Shown here: positions 19,311-27,124 of the stretch, in pieces | How positions within the stretch are numbered: position 1 is the first letter of the stretch | How the letters are laid out: each line of letters starts with the position of its first letter | Assembly: GCA_951812945.1 (NCBI GenBank) | Contig: CATOTB010000001.1 | Span: forward strand, 488,198 to 552,197 | DNA length: 64,000 nucleotides | Origin: Candidatus Dadabacteria bacterium | Lineage (GTDB): Bacteria; Desulfobacterota_D; UBA1144; Nemesobacterales; Nemesobacteraceae | Direction of reading: 5' to 3' | Translations under genes and position numbers: made by a program | Notes under the pieces: generated by a model | Told to the model about the DNA's origin: nothing | Seen by the model: only the letters and a program-made list of their open reading frames with translations | Database searches by the model: none

Positions 19311-20480
19311 ATGCGCAGGATGAATTCCGACTGCGTAGACCTGATTTACTTAGACCCCCCTTTCAACAGCAAAACAAACTATGCTGCACCTATTGGTAGT
19401 CATGCGGCCGGTGCCGAGTTTAAGGATACTTGGACTCTCTATGACATAGATATTGTCTGGCTTGATTTACTTGAAGCCAAGCATCCAGCACTCAATCGAG
19501 TTATTCACGCTACTTTGACCAAGAGTGATAAATCTTATCTGATTTACATGGCGATTAGGTTGCTGGAAATGAGGCGGATACTGAAACCGGCCGGAGGCAT
19601 TTATCTTCACTGTGACCCAACAATGAGTCACTATTTGAAGCTGGTAATGGATGCTATATTCGGAAGAGAGAATTTTAGAAATGAAATTATTTGGGCTTAC
19701 ACGGGGCCAGGGTCTCCCAATATGAGGCAGTTTAACCGCAAGCACGATGTGATCTTCTGGTACTCAAACGGTGAAGACTGGACATTTAATGGGGATGCTG
19801 TTCGAGTATTGCATAAAAAACCTATTGGGGCTGGAGGCACATCTACAAAATGGCTGAAAGAGAAAGAAGATTTGGCGGAAAAATACAAAGGCGGGAAGAT
19901 TCCCGAGACATGGTGGACGAGGTTTTCTCCTGTCGGAAGGATTAAGGGAGAACGCACTGGTTATCCCACACAGAAACCGAGAAAGTTGTTAAAGCGAATA
20001 ATTGAAGCTAGTAGTCCAAGAGGGGGCATTGTATTTGACCCATTCTGTGGTTGTGCTACGACCTGCATAGCCGCAGAGGAATTAAACCGGCAATGGATAG
20101 GAATTGATATCTCGCCCAAAGCGGCGGAACTTGTACAAACCAGAATACTGAATGAACTAGGTTTTGCTGGACGTGAACATCAGATAATTCACCGCCAGGA
20201 CATTCCACAGAGAACAGATTTAGGAGAGATTCCAAAGTACAACTGTAAGGAGAACAAGAACAGATTGTATGGAGAGCAAGGTGGGCATTGCAACGGATGC
20301 AGAGAACACTTCCAAATGCGTCATTTAGAAGTGGACCACATCATTGCTCGCTCACAGGGTGGCACAGACCACATTGAGAATTTGCAAATGCTCTGTGGAA
20401 ACTGCAATCAGATTAAAGGCAATCGTGGACACGAGTACCTGTTGGCAAGAATGGAAGGGAGAAAAGTACCCTACGCATGA
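19311..20480 (+). CDS. beta-class DNA methyltransferase (DPPF motif IV preceding FDPFCG motif I) fused to a C-terminal HNH endonuclease domain
   Basis: DLIYLDPPF, FDPFCGCATT, then HLEVDHIIARSQGGTDHIENLQMLCGNCN; the conserved N-terminal region extends upstream of ATG 19311 and is frame-linked to ATG 19235 only if the C tract changes length. Confidence 0.85.
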   Translation: MRRMNSDCVDLIYLDPPFNSKTNYAAPIGSHAAGAEFKDTWTLYDIDIVWLDLLEAKHPALNRVIHATLTKSDKSYLIYMAIRLLEMRRILKPAGGIYLHCDPTMSHYLKLVMDAIFGRENFRNEIIWAYTGPGSPNMRQFNRKHDVIFWYSNGEDWTFNGDAVRVLHKKPIGAGGTSTKWLKEKEDLAEKYKGGKIPETWWTRFSPVGRIKGERTGYPTQKPRKLLKRIIEASSPRGGIVFDPFCGCATTCIAAEELNRQWIGIDISPKAAELVQTRILNELGFAGREHQIIHRQDIPQRTDLGEIPKYNCKENKNRLYGEQGGHCNGCREHFQMRHLEVDHIIARSQGGTDHIENLQMLCGNCNQIKGNRGHEYLLARMEGRKVPYA

Positions 20481-20492
20481 CCAAACTACGAA

Positions 20493-20741
20493 TCAGTAAA
20501 AAAACTTTGCAGTTAAAATTCCAGAAATTACACCGATAGCTATAGCTGGCCATTTATCAAGAAAATAAGCTTTTAGACTGGGATATGCAGATGCCCTTTT
20601 TTCTAACCACCAAATTATAATCCAAACTATGCCAACGATACCAAGAACTTCCCGTGCCTCGATACTTGAAAAAACTTTTGAAAGGAGATACGCCGCTGCG
20701 AAAGAAACTAGGAACTGCCTGAATGTAGGGAGATGATTCAT
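20493..20741 (-). CDS. 82-aa small membrane protein, hypothetical
   Basis: ORF with 2-3 hydrophobic helices. Confidence 0.35.
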   Translation of the reverse strand: MNHLPTFRQFLVSFAAAYLLSKVFSSIEAREVLGIVGIVWIIIWWLEKRASAYPSLKAYFLDKWPAIAIGVISGILTAKFFY

Positions 20742-20764
20742 TTTCTGTTCACAAAAGCGGAGGT

Positions 20765-21697
20765 CTAAGAAGTCAGTTTTTCAAAGGTAATGGTCTTGCC
20801 CACCATAGCACCGAACAGGGCGTTCAGTCTATCTTCTGTATCAACCTTGCAACTTCCTTCGCTCAAACGAAAAGCGAACTCGTTGATATAGGCACGCATG
20901 TGCTTCTTACTCCAGTTGTGGTAAACGCCGTTGTATCCACGCTTCATGACCGCCCATACGCTTTCAATCCCGTTGGTAGAAGCCATGCCATTTACGAATT
21001 CTTTCGCTGAATGATTGACTGTTCCGTGTTCAAAATCCTTCCCGAGTAATCCGCTATAGCCTTTATGTTCATCCGTAAACACGATGGAACCCTTAACGAC
21101 ATTTTCGCTTATCTCTCTTTCGAGGGTTTCCGCGTCCCGTCTTTCAATAGGAATTGCCTTAGTCTTGCCGCCACGTTCTCTCATGCCGAGTACGCAGGTC
21201 TTTCCAACAGGTCCACGTCCGGCGTGAAGCTTCTTGGATTCGTGTTTGTTTTTTTCGAGACCTCCCAGAAAAGTTTCGTCTATTTCCACAACTCCCTTCA
21301 AGGCTTCCATATCGCTTCCGCAGGCAAGACGCAGACGGTGAAGCATGTACCAAGCAGTGGGTTGGGAAACAGCCAGTTCCTTGCTTAGCTGGAGACTGCT
21401 TATGCCCTTTCTGGCTGTCATTAGCAGATAAGCGGCGAATATCCACTTGCGAAGGTCAATCTTTCCATACTCAAGCGGAGTTCCGGTGCGAGCGGTGAAA
21501 TACTTGCGACAATTCCCGCACCAGTAACGTCCAGGGTGTTTGAATTGAGGGGTGATCTTCTCGGTGCTACCGCACCTTGTGCAGTGCCTCTTGTTACCCC
21601 ATCTCTGATTCTCAAGATACTTGATAGCATCTTCCTCAGTAGGATATTTCTGCATCAACTCGAACAAGCTGATTATCTTTGCATGTTTCTTTTTCAT
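20765..21697 (-). CDS. IS1595-family (ISXO2-like) transposase with N-terminal zinc ribbon
   Basis: CxxC...CxxC zinc ribbon (HCTRCGST...WCGNCRKYF) followed by a DDE ISXO2-like domain; 310 aa. Confidence 0.85.
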   Translation of the reverse strand: MKKKHAKIISLFELMQKYPTEEDAIKYLENQRWGNKRHCTRCGSTEKITPQFKHPGRYWCGNCRKYFTARTGTPLEYGKIDLRKWIFAAYLLMTARKGISSLQLSKELAVSQPTAWYMLHRLRLACGSDMEALKGVVEIDETFLGGLEKNKHESKKLHAGRGPVGKTCVLGMRERGGKTKAIPIERRDAETLEREISENVVKGSIVFTDEHKGYSGLLGKDFEHGTVNHSAKEFVNGMASTNGIESVWAVMKRGYNGVYHNWSKKHMRAYINEFAFRLSEGSCKVDTEDRLNALFGAMVGKTITFEKLTS

Positions 21698-21811
21698 GAT
21701 GGTATAAGATACCTGAAAAAGAAGGGTTTGTCAACTCTTGTTCCTGTTTTTTAGGAGAGTTCTCAGTGACTTAGATATTTCTTGATTCTAGCTTCGGAAA
21801 TGGGTTCAATA

Positions 21812-21842
21812 GAAGTTTTGTCAACTTTCCTTTATAATTCCC
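21812..21842. repeat. terminal inverted repeat (right) of the IS1595-family element
   Basis: exact reverse complement of 16815-16845. Confidence 0.7.
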
Positions 21843-21850
21843 TAAATTTG
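21843..21850. repeat. 8-bp direct repeat TAAATTTG (putative target-site duplication, right)
   Basis: identical to 16807-16814. Confidence 0.5.
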
Positions 21851-21868
21851 GCAAGATCATTTTACCCG

Positions 21869-22054
21869 TTATACTTGGCGATCCGAACTTCGCTCGTACC
21901 GCGCTGCCCCAACCATCTCATCTGCTTCAGAGTCAAGGACCTTGTTCAATACTTCCTCTACCGTATCGGTGACTATGGAGCTTAGGTGACCCCTAAGCTC
22001 CTCGTGGTTAATCTGAATTACCTTTTTGGGGCTCTTCGCTGTATAATCTCTCAT
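21869..22054 (-). pseudogene. N-terminal 61-codon fragment of an IS256-family transposase
   Basis: LNKVLDSEADEMVGAARYERSSDRQ matches the conserved IS256/mutator-type N-terminal region; reading frame decays after the stop. Confidence 0.55.
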
Positions 22055-22077
22055 GGCGGTGTTTCCTCCATGTTAAA

Positions 22078-22109
22078 TAAATTTAGGTAATTACCCCTAT
22101 AACTAGCCA
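22078..22109. repeat. 32-bp perfect inverted repeat, copy A (23 bp upstream of the IS256-like transposase fragment)
   Basis: TAAATTTAGGTAATTACCCCTATAACTAGCCA is the exact reverse complement of 22505-22536. Confidence 0.7.
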
Positions 22110-22444
22110 AAAGTAAAATGAGGGAGCGGTTGCTGGAGGACGGCACTGTCCTTGGTGTTTTTTGTATAATATTCGAGTGTTTTTGGATCTAATAGGGGGG
22201 GTGTATAGACTTAAGTTTACAAGTCCTCCAAACCCTGTATCGCTTCCTCGAACCCGCGGTGTAGTGCTTTAAATTCCAAGAGCCATCTTACCCCGGCGAC
22301 ATTTTTGCTTCTCGTGGAAGCAGGTAATTCATCGGACTGAATTCATGTTGGGGAGGTTTGAGAGTTCCATTTACTCGAGTGGAGCAGGGGAGGCTTATTA
22401 GGACCAACCGTTCTGTATCATCCTGAAATAACTTAGTATTTACC

Positions 22445-22474
22445 TTGACAAACAGTTAGACAGAAATATAGAAT
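22445..22474 (+). promoter_or_regulatory. putative promoter TTGACA-N18-TAGAAT inside the IR-bounded 395-bp segment, facing the 22571 ORF
   Basis: hexamers read directly. Confidence 0.3.
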
Positions 22475-22504
22475 TACCGTTAAGTACTATTATGATGGAG
22501 CAAG

Positions 22505-22536
22505 TGGCTAGTTATAGGGGTAATTACCTAAATTTA
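22505..22536. repeat. 32-bp perfect inverted repeat, copy B
   Basis: exact reverse complement of 22078-22109. Confidence 0.7.
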
Positions 22537-22570
22537 AGAGCACTATTTATCTAACCGGATTCATGAAGAA

Positions 22571-24004
22571 ATGCCGCCTCTTTTTTTAATTTGCGAAAAA
22601 TTTAAAGCGTTATCGATGTTGGGGGATAGAAACATAAGACTGTCGTTTGCTGCGCGATACTTACTAGCTACCTTTTTTTTGACTTCTTTACCGTATATTT
22701 CCATCGGTCAATCTACAAATGAGCTTGTGGGAAACTTGGGCTCCGCTCTTACGGTCGGACAGATAATAAATCAGGCGTCCGATGCGGCAGATGATTTGGT
22801 TACGGAGGGGTTTGATCGTTTTGATAGTTCGGTCTTGCTGGCAGCGACTGAAGCGAGAGCCACTGTAAATCAAGTGTCACTTCAACTCGCCGACTCAATC
22901 AATCTTTCGGTAGAGCAATTGGACTCGCAACAACGCAGAGTTATCTCAGATCTAGAGTCTTTGACGACGACAATTACCGAGGCAATAGCAAAAGACGTTG
23001 CGGACATAGTTACGCCTATTCAGGGTGACATCCGGTTACTATTATCTCGAAATCCTGGCTTCATACGTATTTCAGGAGGATTTGCCACACGACAAGATAA
23101 GTATCTTGAGTTCCAACTCAAAGGCACCGCTCTGTCTCAAGCGGACATTGATAACTTCCAAGTTAATTCTGTAGAGTCCAAACCGAATGTTGTTTCTAGC
23201 GATGACACGCACGTTAAGATACGCATCCCCCTTGATGAGCCACCAATCGCTGATCTTTTAGGCTCTGGCGACAGCTTCGATGAACTGATCGAGATTCCGA
23301 TAAGCTTCGTTTTGAAGGAATGTGGTTTGCTCGGTATGTTTTGTAATTATGATCGGAAATTTTCGCTACTTGGCTATGTATTTCCGGAAAACGTTGGAAC
23401 TGTAAAAGCTGTATTTGACGGATGGATCTCGACGGAAGAGCGGATGCAACGTAAGCTAGAGTTTATAAGCGATAAGGTGAGAACGAGGGTGCGTCTTCTT
23501 CCTCCTGAAGTTCGAGCTGGGGATCGGCGGGACATATGGTCCATGACTCCTCACGATGGGTGGAGAATTGATACCCGGTCGGCCGATTTCGATTTCGTTA
23601 AATTATATGGAGGATGCAGCAATTCGCGATGTTCCGCATCATGGGAAGAAAAAACAGAACACATACTCCGAGTTAAAGCAAGGACCTCGTCTGATAGGAG
23701 GGTCGGCGTAACCTGTAAGACATCGACAACCATTAAGTTTTCGCAATGGCGCACCAATACCAATCGCCATACCCATGAGACGGATGCCGTTGAGATTGTA
23801 GTCGATGGAACTACGCATCTTCCTTTGGATAAAACCATAGGTCTAACTAACGCGCGCCTTTCTCATCTAGTGATCCAATCGCCGTTGTTTCGACGAGGAG
23901 AGGAGAGGATACTCCGAGATGGCCAAAAAATTGGTGGACTGCGAGTAGAATACGACACTGCAACTCAAACCGTCTTTCTTCACAGCTCTATGAACATGAA
24001 CTAA
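22571..24004 (+). CDS. hypothetical 477-aa protein with N-terminal membrane anchor
   Basis: long ORF with no family I recognise; hydrophobic segment near the N-terminus. Confidence 0.45.
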   Translation: MPPLFLICEKFKALSMLGDRNIRLSFAARYLLATFFLTSLPYISIGQSTNELVGNLGSALTVGQIINQASDAADDLVTEGFDRFDSSVLLAATEARATVNQVSLQLADSINLSVEQLDSQQRRVISDLESLTTTITEAIAKDVADIVTPIQGDIRLLLSRNPGFIRISGGFATRQDKYLEFQLKGTALSQADIDNFQVNSVESKPNVVSSDDTHVKIRIPLDEPPIADLLGSGDSFDELIEIPISFVLKECGLLGMFCNYDRKFSLLGYVFPENVGTVKAVFDGWISTEERMQRKLEFISDKVRTRVRLLPPEVRAGDRRDIWSMTPHDGWRIDTRSADFDFVKLYGGCSNSRCSASWEEKTEHILRVKARTSSDRRVGVTCKTSTTIKFSQWRTNTNRHTHETDAVEIVVDGTTHLPLDKTIGLTNARLSHLVIQSPLFRRGEERILRDGQKIGGLRVEYDTATQTVFLHSSMNMN

Positions 24005-24100
24005 TGCGGTTTTATCGAACAGATCCTCTATATCTGTTGTCACAGAAGGGGTCCGGTCGGGGAATTGTTATTTGTTTTTTTCGACTTTAATATTAAGAAG

Positions 24101-24775
24101 GTGTCTGGAAAAGCGGTTGTCATGGTTTCGGGAGGCGTGGACAGCTCGACTCTCTGCTACAAGGCGGTACGGGAAGGTTACGAAGTCTTTCCTCTTACCT
24201 TTATATACGGACAGAAGCACGAGAAGGAGATCCGCTCCTCAGAGAATATATGCCGTCATCTGGGACTTGCCCCCAACATAATCGACCTTTCCTCAATAAG
24301 GACTCTTTTCGGCGCCTGCGCGCTTACCGATCGGGAAGTCGAGATTCCGAGAGTCTCCGCGACGGCGCGCAATTACGATACTCTTTCCGCCACAGTCGTT
24401 CCGAACCGAAACGCCATTTTCCTTTCTCTGGCGGTTGCCTATTCGCAGGGTATCGGTTGCGATACGGTGTTCTACGGCGCGCATCATTCCGACAAGGGAG
24501 TATATCCTGACTGCCGCATGGAGTTTGTTTCCGCTTTCGAGGAGGCTGAGAAACTTGCGACTGGTAACGAACGATTAACGATAGTTGCTCCATTTGTGGA
24601 TCTGGACAAATCAGGCATAGTCAGACTCGGTTCACGTCTCGGGGTTCCTTTCAAGGACACGTGGTCATGCTACGTGGGCTCCCGGATGCACTGCGGCACC
24701 TGCAGTTCCTGCAGAGAAAGAAAAAGGGCTTTTATCGAGGCGGACATAACCGACCCGACCGAATACGAGGCGTAA
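24101..24775 (+). CDS. queC: 7-cyano-7-deazaguanine synthase
   Basis: PP-loop SGGVDSS and C-terminal Zn motif CGTCSSCRER; the track ORF starts at TTG 24065, and GTG 24101 or ATG 24122 is more likely. Confidence 0.85.
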   Translation: MSGKAVVMVSGGVDSSTLCYKAVREGYEVFPLTFIYGQKHEKEIRSSENICRHLGLAPNIIDLSSIRTLFGACALTDREVEIPRVSATARNYDTLSATVVPNRNAIFLSLAVAYSQGIGCDTVFYGAHHSDKGVYPDCRMEFVSAFEEAEKLATGNERLTIVAPFVDLDKSGIVRLGSRLGVPFKDTWSCYVGSRMHCGTCSSCRERKRAFIEADITDPTEYEA

Positions 24776-24780
24776 TTGCG

Positions 24781-25422
24781 GTGAAGGTAAACGAGATCTT
24801 TTTTTCAATACAGGGTGAAGGGATCCATATCGGGCTGCCGACAGTTTTTCTCAGGCTCTTTGCCTGCGATCTCAGATGCAGTTGGTGCGATACCATGTAC
24901 GCCGTGGAGGGAACCGACTTTCGGGAAATGGGAACCAGTGAAGTGCTGAGCCAGATTCTTAAATACAGCTGCTCCCGGGTCTGCATAACCGGAGGGGAAC
25001 CGCTTATCCAGCGGGAAGCCGTGGAGGAGGTGACGGAGTTTCTGCTTGATAGGGATTTTGTGGTCGTGCTTGAAACAAGCGGGAACAAGAAACCTCCCCG
25101 GATTTTCTCCCATCCCAATTCGGTTGTGAGCATGGACTGCAAGTGCCCCGGTTCGGGCATGGCCTCCAGAATGGATTTTTCCCTCTATGATGCCTTGGAG
25201 GAGAAGGACCAGCTTAAGTTCGTAATAGCCGACGATGCGGATTACGAATACGCAAGGGATATTATAGGGGAGCGTTGCGTCAGAGCTTCAATCATATTCC
25301 AGCCCGTTTACGGCACAAAAGCGGACTGGATAGCGGAGAGAATTCTCCGCGACGGCATGGAAGACATAAGAGTGCTTCCGCAGCTTCACAAAATATTCTG
25401 GGGAGAAAAAAGAGGAGTCTGA
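24781..25422 (+). CDS. queE: 7-carboxy-7-deazaguanine synthase (radical SAM)
   Basis: VNEIFFSIQGEG and the CxxxC-containing radical-SAM motif CDLRCSWCDT; GTG start at 24781 (the track ORF at 24661 overlaps queC). Confidence 0.82.
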   Translation: MKVNEIFFSIQGEGIHIGLPTVFLRLFACDLRCSWCDTMYAVEGTDFREMGTSEVLSQILKYSCSRVCITGGEPLIQREAVEEVTEFLLDRDFVVVLETSGNKKPPRIFSHPNSVVSMDCKCPGSGMASRMDFSLYDALEEKDQLKFVIADDADYEYARDIIGERCVRASIIFQPVYGTKADWIAERILRDGMEDIRVLPQLHKIFWGEKRGV

Positions 25423-25437
25423 GACCTCTTGCCTCTT

Positions 25438-26793
25438 TCATCGTTTTAAAACTTTGCTTAGGAAACTTGTTGAGAGCAAAGCAAATGTTATTAAGAACAG
25501 ATTGAGCAAGGTGCTTTGAGAAGTATTGTTGATTGACGCTATAGCGCACCCACCATCATTCTCTTCTTCCATATCTAGATAAATTCCAGAACCAACAAGA
25601 AAGAAAGACGGTGTCGGACGGCGACCCCCAGTCGTATCCACTACTTGAATATAGCTTTCCTTAACCGATCTGCCCGGAACTACGCTTCTTTCGAGATAAT
25701 CACTGACTTCATCACCATCAATTCCAGGGTGATCCCAATGATATTTAACAAAACCGCTATTTCCATCTGCTAAATCTGCTAAATCGCCACTTCCTTTTGT
25801 CACCACCTTTTGAAAAGCAACAAGGATGTTTGATTCAATATCTCCTTCATCGTTATATGGGATTGGCATTGGGTCTTCCAGTGAAACGCTTAATCCATGA
25901 AGGTCAAAGTCTAATCCATTTAGAAATGCCACTCCGCTTGTCGGGTCCATAATGAAAGGATATATTGTGCCGTATTTAAAATCCCCCGAAGCAAAGCAGG
26001 AGACTGTTTCACCAATTCGCACAAGGATTTCTTGCTGCCCTTCCGGAGTATTGGGGTCAAAGCCGTCTCTTCTTATTTCGCCAATCGTAGCAACTGCCAA
26101 TTCCAGTGTCTTGTTGATAATGTTTTTCACATAGCTTTGAAGCAACTCTCTTTTCTTCTCTGGATTTGTCTCGTCTTCAACCTGCTTGGCGGTAGTGTCG
26201 AGTCTAAAATTGGAGCAGTCAGGTGATTGTACGAAAGAAGCGTCAGGCTCATGATGAAAACCTACTATGCTGGTTATAAACCCAATAGTTGTTATGTTCT
26301 GTTTGATCGCGCATGCTGTTCTTTCTTGGCCGCCCTCACTATACCTTACGCAAACTGGATCGGCGCTTTCTTGAAATTCAGGAACATTATCAAATAAATC
26401 GTTTAGCGGATTTTCAGCGGAAAGATTGAATTTATCACCAAACGATTCTGGATATCGACCATGATTTAATATTGTCTTTCTCGAACTGACAACGGTTATA
26501 GAGTAAATATTGTTGTGATTAAAAACTCCAGGTTTTCTTGTTGTTCGTGCGAAGATTGTGCGCTCTTTTCCCTTTGCGTGCGATGTTTCAAGGGACTCGT
26601 CCTTATAAATTTTATCAATATGCGTGGCTCTATGGAGAAGAAGCTTTTTTATCTTCGCCACATCATTGGCATCGGCAACATCTTCTGCAGTTATATCAAG
26701 GTTTGCTGAATGACTATAATGTTTATACTGATGAGCGGACGCATTGATGGTAAGTGCAAAAAGCAGAACTAAAAATATTCCATATGATTTCAT
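25438..26793 (-). CDS. secreted hypothetical protein with signal peptide and a C-terminal hydrophobic anchor plus basic tail
   Basis: N-terminal signal FLVLLFALTINASA; C-terminal LLNLFLITFALLSTSFLSKVLKR. Confidence 0.45.
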   Translation of the reverse strand: MKSYGIFLVLLFALTINASAHQYKHYSHSANLDITAEDVADANDVAKIKKLLLHRATHIDKIYKDESLETSHAKGKERTIFARTTRKPGVFNHNNIYSITVVSSRKTILNHGRYPESFGDKFNLSAENPLNDLFDNVPEFQESADPVCVRYSEGGQERTACAIKQNITTIGFITSIVGFHHEPDASFVQSPDCSNFRLDTTAKQVEDETNPEKKRELLQSYVKNIINKTLELAVATIGEIRRDGFDPNTPEGQQEILVRIGETVSCFASGDFKYGTIYPFIMDPTSGVAFLNGLDFDLHGLSVSLEDPMPIPYNDEGDIESNILVAFQKVVTKGSGDLADLADGNSGFVKYHWDHPGIDGDEVSDYLERSVVPGRSVKESYIQVVDTTGGRRPTPSFFLVGSGIYLDMEEENDGGCAIASINNTSQSTLLNLFLITFALLSTSFLSKVLKR

Positions 26794-27124
26794 GTGCGAT
26801 TCTCTCCTCTTAGGCTTCCCTTATACTTATGGAGAATTACCCCCTTAAGTCACGACAGGTTATCGGCGTTAACCGAACACCATGGACTGTAAAAGTACAA
26901 TACAACTGCGAAGCAGCTGTCTCAGAAAGACATCCTCAACATTTAAGACACCTTCGCGTAATTGAAACCGCTTTCTAACAGGTCGCCCATTGATAACAAC
27001 CGGTCAGTATAGTCTCAATTATACTTTCCCCATACTCCCAAGATCAACTGGAATTTTACAATCCTACCAAACTTTAATGTTTTTGTTGCTATTATGTTAG
27101 AATTCAGGGTATAAAGAATAGGCC

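Larger units (their letters stand above)
16815..21842. mobile_element. 5,028-bp IS1595-family element with passenger genes, bounded by perfect 31-bp terminal inverted repeats
   Basis: IR GGGAATTATAAAGGAAAGTTGACAAAACTTC at 16815-16845 and its exact reverse complement at 21812-21842; 8-bp flanking direct repeat; transposase gene reads inward 115 bp from the right IR. Confidence 0.6.

Noticed and set aside
20700-20770. A second copy of the 31-bp IR near the 3' end of the IS1595 transposase (which would define a compact 1-kb IS)
   Set aside because: I searched by eye for GAAGTTTTGTCAAC or GTTGACAAAACTTC around 20480-20770 and found none, so the distal IR at 16815 is taken as the partner.
24661-24780. 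Upstream 40-codon extension of queE overlapping queC in another frame
   Set aside because: The conserved QueE N-terminus starts at VNEIFFSIQGEG (GTG 24781). The extension has no similarity and overlaps a well-supported gene.
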